Position numbers and translations under genes: made by a program
The notes under the pieces: generated by a model
Databases searched by the model: none
What the model saw: the letters and a program-made list of their open reading frames with translations, nothing else
Told to the model about the DNA's origin: nothing
Shown: positions 41,207 through 52,400 of the stretch, piece after piece
Position numbering within the stretch: the first letter of the stretch is position 1
How the letters are laid out: each line of letters begins with the position of its first letter
Assembly (NCBI GenBank): GCA_965204345.1
Contig: OZ241981.1
Coordinates: 1,568,001-1,632,000, forward strand
Source: Nitrosopumilus sp.
GTDB taxonomy: Archaea > Thermoproteota > Nitrososphaeria > Nitrososphaerales > Nitrosopumilaceae
Direction of reading: 5' to 3'
DNA: 64,000 nt

Positions 41207-42121
41207 TTAGATCTGAATGCCTGAGATGGCACCCTTTACGCTCTGAACAGCCTTGTCAAACACCTGTTTTTCCTCGTTGTCAAGATCCAACTCTATGATT
41301 TTTTCTATCCCGTTTCTTCCAATAACTGCCGGAACTCCGATTGTAACATCTGAATGTCCGTATTCGCCATCCAAATACGTTGCAACCGGGATGACCTGTC
41401 TTTTGTCCCTTGTGACTGATTCAACAATTGCCGAGATTGCATTTCCCGGCGCATGAACCGTAGCACCTTTTAATTCAATTACCTTGGCGGCAACCTTCCT
41501 TGTGTTTGTGACTAGTTCGTCTAGCTTTGCTTTTGGAAGAAGTGATGATAAAGGAATTCCTGATACTGATGAAAACCTTGGCAATGGCAGCATATTTTCT
41601 CCATGCTCTCCGATAACCAGTGCCCTGATAGAATCCCTTGAATGTCCTGTTGCCTCGTGAATAAACTGCCTGAATCTTGACAGGTCCAGCATTCCTCCCA
41701 TGCCAAATACCCTGCTTCTCTCAAACCCCGATACCTTGTAAGTGATGTATGCCATTGGGTCTAATGGGTTGGTAACTGGAATAATCATAGAGTCATCTGC
41801 ATATCTTTTTACATTCTCAACGACGCTTTTCACAATTGATGCGTTAATTTTTAAGAGATCCATTCTTGTCATTCCCGGCTTTCTTCCAGAGCCGGCTACC
41901 ACTACTACGACATTTGATCCTCTCATGTCTGCAAAATCATTTGAACCCCTTACTTCCACATCAATTCCCTGCTCTGATAACATGTGGTTGATGTCCATCG
42001 CTTCCCCCTGCGGGAGGCCCTCGGCTACATCCAATAACAAAATTTGATCATCCAGACGTTTTAATGCCGAAAACAGTGCTGCATCCCCACCCACCTTTCC
42101 GGATCCAATAATCGTAATCAT
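41207..42121 (-). CDS. mdh: Malate dehydrogenase (LDH-like)
   Basis: [18 protein letters not shown] (malate-specific Arg), TNPLD, LDLSRF, GEHGE. Confidence 0.92.
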   Translation of the reverse strand: MITIIGSGKVGGDAALFSALKRLDDQILLLDVAEGLPQGEAMDINHMLSEQGIDVEVRGSNDFADMRGSNVVVVVAGSGRKPGMTRMDLLKINASIVKSVVENVKRYADDSMIIPVTNPLDPMAYITYKVSGFERSRVFGMGGMLDLSRFRQFIHEATGHSRDSIRALVIGEHGENMLPLPRFSSVSGIPLSSLLPKAKLDELVTNTRKVAAKVIELKGATVHAPGNAISAIVESVTRDKRQVIPVATYLDGEYGHSDVTIGVPAVIGRNGIEKIIELDLDNEEKQVFDKAVQSVKGAISGIQI

Positions 42122-42210
42122 AAACACAAGCACTGATTTTCAATAATTAAATCTAATGAAATACCTGGCATATTAGTCGAATTTATAAGCATTTTTGATA
42201 ATTTTTAATC

Positions 42211-43446
42211 ATGGTTCTCATAATTGATCCCCAAATTGCAGGCATATCCGGGGACATGCTTCTTTGCTCGTTAGTGGACTTGGGCGCCAATAAGGATAAG
42301 ATAATTTCCGGCGTCAGGGAGGCTGCAAAATTCCTCCCTGACTCTGTCATTGAGGACTTTGGATTTGGCAAAACTCAAAAACACGGAATTGAATCCTGCC
42401 ATTTAGTTTTGGAACTTGTCGAACACACTGATCAGCGAAAAGGCATTGAAATGAAAAATGCAATAGTTAGCGGTGTCAGTCAGCTAGATCTTTCAGAGAA
42501 GGCCAACTCTTTTGCCAAGTCCTGCATTGACACCCTGATCTCCTCTGAATCCAAAATACACGGAATCCCTGAGGACTCTGTACATTTCCATGAGGCATCC
42601 GGCATTGACACCCTGATAGATATTGTTGGAATCACTATTGCCTTGGATGACTTGGGATTATTTGATGAGACAATTTTTTGTCTGCCTGTCTCAGTTGGTG
42701 GGGGCTCTGTAACCTTCTCACATGGCACCATGTCCAATCCTGCCAGTGCAATACTTGAAATTTTTAAAGATTCCAACCTGCTCATAAGGGGCAGTGACGT
42801 AAATGAGGAACTTACCACTCCCACAGGAGCTTGCATCCTGGCAAACCTGACAAATAACTCCCTGAACCACTACCCATTGATGAAGATCACGTCTGTAGGC
42901 TATGGTGCTGGACAAAAAGACTATGACACCTTTTCTAATGTCCTCAAGATCACACGCGGCCCTGAGGGGCCTCTTAATGCTGATTCTGTCAAGATTCTAG
43001 AAACAAATGTGGATGACGTTTCTGGGGAAATACTGGGAAATCTAATTGAAAAGCTCATGGAAAAGGGCGCACGTGATGTCTCCATTTATCACGGAATAAC
43101 AAAAAAGGGCAGGCCCACAAATCTTGTATCTGTAATCTGCAATGATGAGACTCTTGATGACCTTGTTGATACGCTGGTACTGGAAACTGGCACCCTGGGA
43201 ATTCGGGTCTCTGATTCTGATAGGCTTACCGTGCCACGCTCCACTCACAGTGTCTCACTGTCCATAAATGGAAATTCCTTTCAGGTCGGCTACAAAAAAT
43301 CCTCCTTTAAGGGAAAGACTGATTTTAAAATTGAGTTTGAGGACTTGAAAGAAATATCCGCATCTGCTAACAAATCCCTAAAAGAGACTGAGTCCATTCT
43401 AAGAAGACAGATTGAAGTTTTGGAGCTTGAAAATGCCAACCCTTGA
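42211..43446 (+). CDS. larC: Nickel-pincer cofactor biosynthesis protein LarC (Ni insertion)
   Basis: GISGDM, VHFHE, ELTTPTGA, LETNVDD, TKKGRP, ETGTLGIR, KIEFED. Confidence 0.93.
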   Translation: MVLIIDPQIAGISGDMLLCSLVDLGANKDKIISGVREAAKFLPDSVIEDFGFGKTQKHGIESCHLVLELVEHTDQRKGIEMKNAIVSGVSQLDLSEKANSFAKSCIDTLISSESKIHGIPEDSVHFHEASGIDTLIDIVGITIALDDLGLFDETIFCLPVSVGGGSVTFSHGTMSNPASAILEIFKDSNLLIRGSDVNEELTTPTGACILANLTNNSLNHYPLMKITSVGYGAGQKDYDTFSNVLKITRGPEGPLNADSVKILETNVDDVSGEILGNLIEKLMEKGARDVSIYHGITKKGRPTNLVSVICNDETLDDLVDTLVLETGTLGIRVSDSDRLTVPRSTHSVSLSINGNSFQVGYKKSSFKGKTDFKIEFEDLKEISASANKSLKETESILRRQIEVLELENANP

Positions 43447-44230
43447 CAGCCTTCTAAACTGGTTTGAAAATAAGGGCACAGTGATGGTTGCCCTTTCTGG
43501 CGGCGTTGATAGCGCGCTTGTTGCACATGCTGCCTTTGAAAAGCTTGGGAATTCTGCTATTGCAGTAACTGCAGATTACAAAACCCTTTCTGAGGAAGAA
43601 CTGCTTACTGCCAAACGGATTTGTTCGGAGATTGGCATTTCACAACTGCTCTTGGATTATAACGAGCTTGAAAATGATGATTTTGTAAGAAATGACTCCA
43701 GTCGGTGCTTTCACTGCAGGCTGGAGCTGGGAGACCGCTTGGTCAGACTTGCAAGGGAGCATAACGCAGATCTGATAGTTGACGGAACAAATCTTGATGA
43801 TTTAGGTGATTATAGGCCTGGCATCAAGGCCTTAAAACAAAATGGCATACGCAGTCCCTTAGTCGAGACTGCCTTTTCCAAATCTGACATTCGCAAACTT
43901 GCAAAGTCAGTTGGCCTCTCTGTATTTGACAAGCCTTCCAATTCCTGCCTGGCCTCCAGAATTCCTTGGGGTCAGCGAGTTACTGCAGAAAAACTAGCTC
44001 GAATTGAACTCGGTGAGATACTAGTCAAGCAGCTCACAGACGTAAAACAGGTGCGAGTACGCGATATTGACAGCTCTGCCAAAATTGAGGTCGACAAACA
44101 AATGATTCCCAGATTCAACAGTGACGTTCTGAGCCAAATTACCACAAAATTCAAGATGATTGGCTTTACTTCTGTGGAGATTGATCAAGAGGGGTACAAA
44201 CCGGGAAAGATTAACGTGATTGCAGATTGA
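43433..44230 (+). CDS. larE: ATP-dependent sulfur transferase LarE
   Basis: SGGVDS PP-loop, RCFHC, DGTNLDD...YRPG, KPSNSCLASRIP, QVRVR; ATG at 43433. Confidence 0.93.
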   Translation: MPTLDSLLNWFENKGTVMVALSGGVDSALVAHAAFEKLGNSAIAVTADYKTLSEEELLTAKRICSEIGISQLLLDYNELENDDFVRNDSSRCFHCRLELGDRLVRLAREHNADLIVDGTNLDDLGDYRPGIKALKQNGIRSPLVETAFSKSDIRKLAKSVGLSVFDKPSNSCLASRIPWGQRVTAEKLARIELGEILVKQLTDVKQVRVRDIDSSAKIEVDKQMIPRFNSDVLSQITTKFKMIGFTSVEIDQEGYKPGKINVIAD

Positions 44231-45384
44231 TTTATCTTGATAATGCAGCATCCACACAAATTCATAAAGACGTTCTAGATTGCATGCTGCCTTACCTCAA
44301 GGAACACTATGGCAATGCCTCTTCCATTCACAGATCTGGGAGGCTGGCTCGCAAAGCAGTTGAGAAAGCCAGAAAACAGGTTGCCTCTTTGATTAACGCA
44401 GACCCCTCTGAAATCCTAATCACTTCTGGTGGCACCGAGTCTAATAATACTGCTCTGAGAGGAATTGCCGCACCTGACACTCACATTGTTACATCCTCTA
44501 TTGAGCATGATGCCGTCTTGGAACCATGTAAAAGACTAGTCCAGGATGATGGGATTCATGTTGATTATCTTTCTGTCGATTCCTTGGGTGCTGTAGATCT
44601 TGCAGAACTAGAGAGATGCATCATGCCTAACACATGCCTTGTCTCAATCATGTTTGGAAACAATGAGGTTGGCACAGTCCAACAAATCTCTAGGATTGCT
44701 AAAATATGCCATGAAAAAAATATCCCCTTTCATACTGATGCAGTCCAAGCCATTGGTAAAATCCCTGTAGATGTCAAGGAATTAGGCATAGATCTGCTAT
44801 CAATCTCCTCTCACAAACTTTATGGTCCCAAGGGAGTAGGCGCATTGTATGTCAAAAAAGGCATCAAGATCAGTCCCACAATTTTAGGGGGCGGCCAGGA
44901 ACATGGTCTGCGCTCTGGCACTGAAAGTGTTGCAAATATTGTAGGTTTTGGAAAGGCCTGTGAGATGGCCAAGATTAATCTAGATGAAAACATTGCCCAT
45001 CTGACAAAATTACGGGATGTCCTGATCAAAAAAGTATTGGATGAGATTCCAAAAGTAACGCTAAATGGCGATCCCAAATCAAGGCTTCCCAATAACGCGC
45101 ACTTTACATTCCTTGGTGTAAATGGCGAGGATCTAATAATCAAGCTTGACGAATGTGGAATTGCAGCCTCTACTGGCTCTGCATGTTCTGTCAACACCCA
45201 GCGTGCTTCTCATGTTTTAGAGTCCATGGGATTCTCACATGAACAAATTACAGGCTCCTTGCGACTAACTGTTGGCATCTTCAACGATGAAAAAGAAATT
45301 GAGCAAGCTATGGTTTCTCTTAAAAAAATAGTCAAAGAACTGCGATCTTTTTCACCGTTTAAAGAAAAATATTCCTTTAATTAA
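44227..45384 (+). CDS. iscS: Cysteine desulfurase (IscS/NifS family)
   Basis: YLDNAAST, TSGGTESNN, HTDAVQ, SSHKLYGPKG, ASTGSAC; start overlaps the larE stop. Confidence 0.93.
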   Translation: MIYLDNAASTQIHKDVLDCMLPYLKEHYGNASSIHRSGRLARKAVEKARKQVASLINADPSEILITSGGTESNNTALRGIAAPDTHIVTSSIEHDAVLEPCKRLVQDDGIHVDYLSVDSLGAVDLAELERCIMPNTCLVSIMFGNNEVGTVQQISRIAKICHEKNIPFHTDAVQAIGKIPVDVKELGIDLLSISSHKLYGPKGVGALYVKKGIKISPTILGGGQEHGLRSGTESVANIVGFGKACEMAKINLDENIAHLTKLRDVLIKKVLDEIPKVTLNGDPKSRLPNNAHFTFLGVNGEDLIIKLDECGIAASTGSACSVNTQRASHVLESMGFSHEQITGSLRLTVGIFNDEKEIEQAMVSLKKIVKELRSFSPFKEKYSFN

Positions 45385-45389
45385 AACAT

Positions 45390-46190
45390 CTAAATCATCT
45401 GAAATTTATTTCTAGTAATTACAATTATGGATATTATTCCTATTGCCAAGACCATCATTACAATCGGCCCAAATTCAGGAAGAGCATACGTTCCAATGAT
45501 CTCTATGGCCGAGTCTCCTGCTTCAAAATTAATTGTTATGACCCTTGATTCTGAATGTACTACTGATTCTACATATGAGGCTTCAATTCCATCTATTAGG
45601 ATAATAAAGGCAACGTCTTTTCCGTCTTGATTTTCGGCCCCGACAAACTCCCTTGGCAAATCCAGTGTAACTGACCCCTCATCTGCAGCATTAATTTGTA
45701 CAATAATTGCAAAGATATCTGAATCTACTGTAATGTCCTTAACTGTTCCGCCCTGAATTGTATATTCCACATCAAATGTTCCGTGACTGCCTGCATCCAC
45801 CTCGTAGCTCTTTGTAGTTGTAATTACATCTGATTTTGAAGAATAGCTAAATTCAGACTCTGCAATGCTTCCCTCACCGTATGATGCCCTGACTGTATAT
45901 TCCCCAGATTTTTTCCATAATGGCCCCTCTGCAATTATTGTGTGAGAGTAACTTCCATCCTGCGCTATTGTAATCTGTGCAATATCTAACAAATTTCCCT
46001 CCAAAAACAACTGTAGCGTAGCTGGAGTCTCGCCTATGATTGCAGATACTGTTCCTGAGACTACGATTGTATCGCCCTCATCATAGTGATTGTCGTCTGT
46101 TTGAACTGATATCCTGAATTCTTGTGCAAAAGCCATTGCTGTTGAAATTGTCAACACAAAGATTAGGCCATAAAATATTCTTGAACCCAC
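45390..46190 (-). CDS. PEFG-CTERM surface protein
   Basis: Signal peptide; C-terminal PEFG plus TM plus basic tail. Confidence 0.88.
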   Translation of the reverse strand: MGSRIFYGLIFVLTISTAMAFAQEFRISVQTDDNHYDEGDTIVVSGTVSAIIGETPATLQLFLEGNLLDIAQITIAQDGSYSHTIIAEGPLWKKSGEYTVRASYGEGSIAESEFSYSSKSDVITTTKSYEVDAGSHGTFDVEYTIQGGTVKDITVDSDIFAIIVQINAADEGSVTLDLPREFVGAENQDGKDVAFIILIDGIEASYVESVVHSESRVITINFEAGDSAIEIIGTYALPEFGPIVMMVLAIGIISIIVITRNKFQMI

Positions 46191-46267
46191 AAACTTTTGA
46201 TTGCTTGTTTGTATATTTTCTTTACTATCAAAAACTAAAAAATGAAAAAATAAGAAGTTGTGTGATT

Positions 46268-47158
46268 TTAGTATCTTGGCATAATGCTTAGCCTTGATCT
46301 TGCAGATACTGCAATTATTGAGATAATTGCCACTGCTAGAATCATTGCTGCAATTGTACCAAATTCTGGAATCACATAGGTACCAATTATCTCAATTTGT
46401 TCAGCGCCTGCTGGGAACATTACTGTTACTTTATTTGCAACAATTTCAGCATCATCCCATTCTTCTCCATCAACTAGTACCATGAAGATACCGTCCTGGA
46501 CTGCTTTTGATGGTGTTACTGTTAATATTCCATCGGTTTCAGCGTTGATATTGATGACAATTGACTTGTCATTAGTGTTGATAGTCGTACCAGTTACAGT
46601 TCCGCCTGAAATGTCATATGGTATGCACTGATCATCTACAGATAGATCATCAGCACCACATTGTCTTGCTGACATTGGCGTATCGTAATTTGGTATATAT
46701 TCAACTCCACCAGTTAGTTCAACTTGGGCACTGTTACTTTTTTCACTGCTACCATAGTTTACTTTAATGGTGTAGGTACCGTCGTATTTCCATATTGCAC
46801 CTGCCGTGTTTAGAATTGTCTCAAAACTGCCATCATCAGCCACATTGATTTGATCAATTGTAACAATGGAGTTTAACGGGTTCACAACAGTTACTGTAAC
46901 TGGAAATCCAAAAGCTACATTAGCTACTTGTCCCTTTACCACAATCATGTCATTGTGACCATAATCTGTTTTATCTGTCCAAACAGATATTGGAATGGCC
47001 TCAAGTAACATCTGGTTTGCGGCCACTCTAGACTCGTCTATGTTGCAACCTACACATGCTTGTGGAAGTTCTTCTTCTTCTGCATATGCAGATGTTGCAG
47101 TTAGCGTGCCTATTGTAGTCAAAAGGGCCAGTAGTGCAAACGACGTACGGTTGTTCAT
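46268..47158 (-). CDS. PEFG-CTERM surface protein
   Basis: Signal peptide; ends PEFGTIAAMILAVAIISIIAVSARSRLSIMPRY. Confidence 0.9.
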   Translation of the reverse strand: MNNRTSFALLALLTTIGTLTATSAYAEEEELPQACVGCNIDESRVAANQMLLEAIPISVWTDKTDYGHNDMIVVKGQVANVAFGFPVTVTVVNPLNSIVTIDQINVADDGSFETILNTAGAIWKYDGTYTIKVNYGSSEKSNSAQVELTGGVEYIPNYDTPMSARQCGADDLSVDDQCIPYDISGGTVTGTTINTNDKSIVININAETDGILTVTPSKAVQDGIFMVLVDGEEWDDAEIVANKVTVMFPAGAEQIEIIGTYVIPEFGTIAAMILAVAIISIIAVSARSRLSIMPRY

Positions 47159-47222
47159 CTTGTTGCGATTTACACCTGTCTCTATTTATGTATATTTAAA
47201 AAGAGAAAAAAGTTGTGTTAAC

Positions 47223-48086
47223 TTAGTATCTTGGCATAATGCTAAGTCTTGATTTTGCAGATACTGCAATTATTGAGATAATTGCCACTGCTAGAATCAT
47301 TGCTGCAATTGTACCAAATTCTGGAACTACGACTCCGTCTTTAATATCTACTTCAGTCGAGGCAGTATATTTTGGATCTTCAAATTGCTGTGCGGTTACT
47401 GTGTAAAAACCATCTTGTTTCCATAGTGACCCGCCTACTGTGATTTCTGCAGCGAATCCTCCTTCAATCTCAGGTGATATCTGATCAATTGCTATTACAT
47501 TTCCATTTGGTGCTGTTACGGTTAACGTAATATCTTGACTCACCCTGTCAGTTGTTCCCGTTATCTCAAACATTGTAGAACCGTTATCGATAACTATTGG
47601 ATCAAGCATGAGCCCTGCATCTGTTGCTACGTTATTTACATTTGGTGAGATGATCCCCGTTTGCAAATTAGATTCGGTAACAGAAGTTCCTTCGGCCATG
47701 CCATTTGTTACTTCAACAAGAACCTTCAATGTGTAAAATGAATTTGCCCCTGTACCTTGCATTATTTCAAAGCTGTAAAATCCATTCTCTTTCCACGTAG
47801 GTCCGACTATGAATTTTGTCTCAAATTCCCCATTATCGTCCGGTGTCACCTGATCTACGTCGACAATGTTATTGCCGCTTGGAGATGTAACTCTAAAGGT
47901 AACATCTGAAATGTCAGAGGCTGTTATACCTGTCAGGGTAATCGTATCTGAGCCTTTCTCAGCCATTGCTGTAACTGATATTCCAGTAGATTGGGCAAAA
48001 GCATCTTGCTGAATTGAAGTCATTGAAATTAATGACAGTGCCATAAGGACTATTGCCATTGGTGTTGTGGAATGTTTAAAATTCAT
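47223..48086 (-). CDS. PEFG-CTERM surface protein (two internally repeated beta domains)
   Basis: Signal peptide; duplicated VT.P.GN...DQ..P...G.F....WK..GFY domain; PEFG tail. Confidence 0.9.
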   Translation of the reverse strand: MNFKHSTTPMAIVLMALSLISMTSIQQDAFAQSTGISVTAMAEKGSDTITLTGITASDISDVTFRVTSPSGNNIVDVDQVTPDDNGEFETKFIVGPTWKENGFYSFEIMQGTGANSFYTLKVLVEVTNGMAEGTSVTESNLQTGIISPNVNNVATDAGLMLDPIVIDNGSTMFEITGTTDRVSQDITLTVTAPNGNVIAIDQISPEIEGGFAAEITVGGSLWKQDGFYTVTAQQFEDPKYTASTEVDIKDGVVVPEFGTIAAMILAVAIISIIAVSAKSRLSIMPRY

Positions 48087-48147
48087 TCTAATTCCACCCA
48101 GCTATGTTGTTATTTATGTATATTTAAAAAGAGAAAAAGGGTGAAAT

Positions 48148-48999
48148 TTAGTATCTTGGCATAATACTTAGCCTTGATTTTGCAGATATTGCAATTATTG
48201 AGATAATTGCCACTGCTAGAATCATTGCTGCAATTGTACCAAATTCTGGGACTACAAATGTTCCAACTATTTCAATCTCTTCAGCACCTGCTGGGAATGA
48301 TATGGTGAGCATTCTGTCAGTTGATGATACTGTTTCATCAAACTCCACTTCTTCGAGATCAATTAGCACGAAAAAGTCAGCGTCTGCACCATCAGTATCC
48401 ATTGAATCTAACACAGATCTGGGGATTGTGAGTGTAAGTGAACCGTCTTCTGTGGCATCAATAGATATGATTAGTGACTTGGCATCCACGTCAGGTATTA
48501 CGCTAAGTATCTTTCCGCCTGTAATTTCATATCCTATCAGATCACTGGAACCCTCAACTGAAATTGTTGTATCAGTTATTCCAGATGATCCGCCACTAGT
48601 AGGTGGTGCTACAGGTGGTACTGTAGTGACTCCTCCGAATTCAAATTCTGCTATTGCTGTTGGATTGTTTCCAAATGTTGCTGAAATTGTGTATGTTCCT
48701 TCAGTTTTTATCAGACCTCCTGCTTTAAATTCTGTACTGAATTTTTTATCAGCACCTATATCTATTTGATCAATTGATACTATGCTTCCGCTAGGAGATA
48801 TAAGTATCAAAGAGACTGGAATTCCTCCCAATAGGTCTCTTACCTCTCCTGAAACTACAATTGTCTCGCCTTCTGCATAAGATGGCTTGTCTGTAGTAAC
48901 AACAATCGAATTTTGTAGTTGTCCAAATGCTGGTGTCATACCTATACTTACAATCATGATTGCAGTCAAGGCAAACACCGGTAGATGAGCTTTCATCAT
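48148..48999 (-). CDS. PEFG-CTERM surface protein
   Basis: Signal peptide; TTDKPSYAEGETI; PEFG tail. Confidence 0.9.
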   Translation of the reverse strand: MMKAHLPVFALTAIMIVSIGMTPAFGQLQNSIVVTTDKPSYAEGETIVVSGEVRDLLGGIPVSLILISPSGSIVSIDQIDIGADKKFSTEFKAGGLIKTEGTYTISATFGNNPTAIAEFEFGGVTTVPPVAPPTSGGSSGITDTTISVEGSSDLIGYEITGGKILSVIPDVDAKSLIISIDATEDGSLTLTIPRSVLDSMDTDGADADFFVLIDLEEVEFDETVSSTDRMLTISFPAGAEEIEIVGTFVVPEFGTIAAMILAVAIISIIAISAKSRLSIMPRY

Positions 49000-49176
49000 T
49001 TTTACGCTCAGATTTGTACTATTTAAGGTTGTGGCAAAATTTATTGACTAATAGAATAAAGACAATTCCTCTAACGAATTTCAGATTAGATATATATTAA
49101 CCCGAGCGTGAATTTTTGACAGTTTGTGTGTATTATTTACTGTTACATTTAATGTTGGGTGCGGGGTGTTGTAGTG

Positions 49177-49428
49177 ATGGCAACTAAGAAAAATCAAATT
49201 CTAGTGCCTGATCATGTTTATGTTCCAAAACATGAAATCATCAGCAAGCAAGAAGCTGAGGATGTGCTAAAAAAATATAACTGTAAACCTACCGAACTGC
49301 CATTAATCTTTGTTAATGATCCTGCAATTTTGGGACTTGGCATAAAGCCCGGTGACATGATTAAGATCACTAGAAAAAGTCCGACTGCCGGTGAGAGTCT
49401 GTACTACAGATACGTGGTGGAAGTTTAG
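49177..49428 (+). CDS. rpoH: DNA-directed RNA polymerase subunit H (Rpo5)
   Basis: HVYVPKHEI, LPLIFVNDPA, RKSPTAG..YYRYV. Confidence 0.95.
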   Translation: MATKKNQILVPDHVYVPKHEIISKQEAEDVLKKYNCKPTELPLIFVNDPAILGLGIKPGDMIKITRKSPTAGESLYYRYVVEV

Positions 49429-49430
49429 AA

Positions 49431-52400
49431 ATGACACATCCTTCAACCAAGCGCTGGCCGGTAATTCAGGATATCTTAAAGCGTGAGGGCATTGCACGTC
49501 AGCATCTGAATTCCTTTGATGAATTCCTGGAAAGGGGACTTCAGAGCATCATCAATGAAGTTGGCCAGATTGATATTGAAAATGCTGAATACCCCTACAA
49601 GATACAGTTAGGCAAAGTCAAGCTTCAGCAACCAAGAATGATGGAGCTTGACGGTTCCATCACTCATATTACACCGGCTGAGGCAAGACTAAGAAACGTC
49701 TCATATTCTGCTCCCGTCATGATGGAGGCAAGCGTTGTAGAGGATGGAAAAATCTTGGAATCCAGGTTTGTACATATTGGAGACGTTCCGGTCATGGCAA
49801 AATCAAACGCCTGCATCTTGCATAATTTCACTAATCAGAAACTAGTTGAACACGGTGAGGACCCAAGTGACCCCGGAGGCTATTTTATCATTAACGGTTC
49901 TGAAAGAGTAATTGTCGGATTGGAGGATCTCTCTTACAATAAAATAATTGTAGACAGGGAGACTGTTGGTGGAAATGTTGCCTTTAAAGCAAAGGTGTAT
50001 TCGTCTATTGTTGGATATCGTGCAAAACTAGAACTTGTCATGAAAAATGACGGACTAATTGTTGCCAGAATTCCCGGCTCCCCAGTTGACATTCCCGTGG
50101 TTACACTAATGAGGGCACTCGGATTGGAATCTGATAGAGAGATTGCATCTGTGGTCTCCCTGGTAAATGAGATACAAGATGAGCTGGAGGGCTCCTTTGA
50201 AAAAGCAGGCGACGTTCCTACATCCAAGGATGCAATCGTGTATATCAGCAAGAGGATTGCACCCGGAATGCTAGAGGAGTTCCAGATAAAACGTGCCGAG
50301 ACGCTGCTTGACTGGGGACTGTTGCCTCATTTGGGAAAACATCCAGAAAACAGAAAGGAAAAGGCGCAGTTCCTAGGGGAAGCTGCATGTAAGTTATTGG
50401 AATTAAAGCTTGGCTGGATTACTCCTGATGACAAGGATCATTATGGCAACAAGGTGATAAAGTTTGCAGGACAGATGCTAGCTGACTTGTTTAGAACTGC
50501 CTTTAGAAATTTGGTCCGGGATATGAAATACCAACTAGAACGCTCCGGACAAAAACGCGGAATCAATGCCGTATCTGCGGCAATACGCCCCGGAATTATT
50601 ACTGACAAGCTAAACAATGCCATTGCAACTGGAAACTGGGGCCGTGGCCGTGTAGGCGTTACTCAGCTGCTTGATCGAACCAACTATCTTTCAACAATCA
50701 GCCATCTTAGAAGAATCCAGTCTCCCTTGAGCAGGACACAGCCAAACTTTGAGGCAAGAGATTTGCATGCTACCCACTTTGGAAGAATCTGTCCCAGTGA
50801 GACACCTGAAGGCTCAAACTGTGGCCTGGTAAAGAATTTGGCCCTGTCTGGAATTATCTCTGTAAATGTTGCCTCTGAGGAAATTGTAGAAAAACTCTAT
50901 GATCTTGGAACCGTTCATTTCTTTGAAGCAAAGGAGGATTTGAAAAAAGACGGAACCAGAATATTTGTAGACGGCCGCCTTATTGGATATTACAACAACG
51001 GCCAGGAACTGGCAGAATCCCTTAGGGATCTTAGGAGAACCTCAAAAATTCATCCCCACGTTGGAGTCTCATTCCACAAGTCCGACATTGAGGGCTCTAC
51101 AAGAAGGCTGTATGTTAACTGCAATGCCGGCAGGGTTTTGCGCCCATTAATCATTGTCAAGGACAACAAGTCCCTGCTGACTCCTGAACTGTTGGAGAAA
51201 ATCTCCAAAAAGCTGCTCTCTTGGACTGATCTTTTGAGAATGGGCATTCTCGAGGTAATTGATGCCAATGAGGAAGAAAACTGCTATGTTACCCTCGATG
51301 AAAAGGACACCAAAAAGCATACTCATCTTGAAGTCTTTCCTCCGTCTATTTTGGGCGCCGGTGCCTCAATCATTCCATATCCTGAACATAACCAATCTCC
51401 AAGAAATACATACGAGTCAGCAATGGCAAAACAGAGCCTGGGATTCTCCACACCCATGATGAACACTAGCACGTATGTCAGACAGCATCTTATGCTGTAT
51501 CCCCAGGTTCCAATTGTCAACACAAAGGCAATGAAACTCTTGGGCTTGGAGGATAGGCCTGCAGGTCAGAATTGTGTGGTTGCCGTACTGCCATTTGACG
51601 GATACAATATTGAGGATGCCATTGTTCTAAGCAAGGCATCTGTGGATAGGGGCCTGGGCCGAACGTTCTTCTTTAGGATTTATGATGCTGAGGCAAAACA
51701 ATATCCCGGTGGAATGCGTGATACCTTTGAGATCCCCAACGCTGAGGATAACATAAGAGGCTACAAGGGAGAGCGTGCATACCGGCTGCTTGAGGATGAT
51801 GGGGTTGTTGCATCAGAAGCTCCTGTCAAGGGAGGCGATATTCTAATTGGAAAGACCAGTCCTCCAAGGTTCATGGAGGAATACAGGGAGTTTGAGTCAT
51901 CTGGTCCGTACAGGCGGGATACCTCTGTTGGCGTGAGACCCTCTGAAACCGGGGTTATTGATACTGTAGTTATGACCCAGTCAAATGAGGGCGGAAAGAT
52001 GTATAAAATTAGGGCAAGGGACATGAGAATCCCTGAAATTGGCGATAAGTTTGCATCAAGACACGGACAAAAGGGCGTACTTGGAATTCTAGCCAAGGCC
52101 GAAGACCTGCCATACACTGCAACTGGAATGTCCCCTGATGTCCTGATTAATCCCCACGCATTTCCCTCAAGAATGACTGTTGGCATGATGATGGAGTCCG
52201 TTTGTGGCAAGGCAGCCGCGCTGCGTGGAACGCGCTTTGATGGTTCTGCCTTTGTTGGCGAAAAAATGGATGAGGTCAAGGAGGTAATGGATGCACACGG
52301 CTTCAAGTATTCTGGCAAGGAGGTAATGTATGACGGACGAACCGGAAAATCATTCCCTGTAGATGTCTTTATTGGCGTTGTATACTATCAAAAGCTCCAT

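Larger units (their letters stand above)
46268..48250. repeat. Three ~100-bp dispersed direct repeats (PEFG tails) and two identical 28-bp terminator/promoter blocks
   Basis: Copies start at 46268, 47223 and 48148 and share an identical 60-bp core; TATTTATGTATATTTAAAAAGAGAAAAA occurs at 47183 and 48111. Confidence 0.9.
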
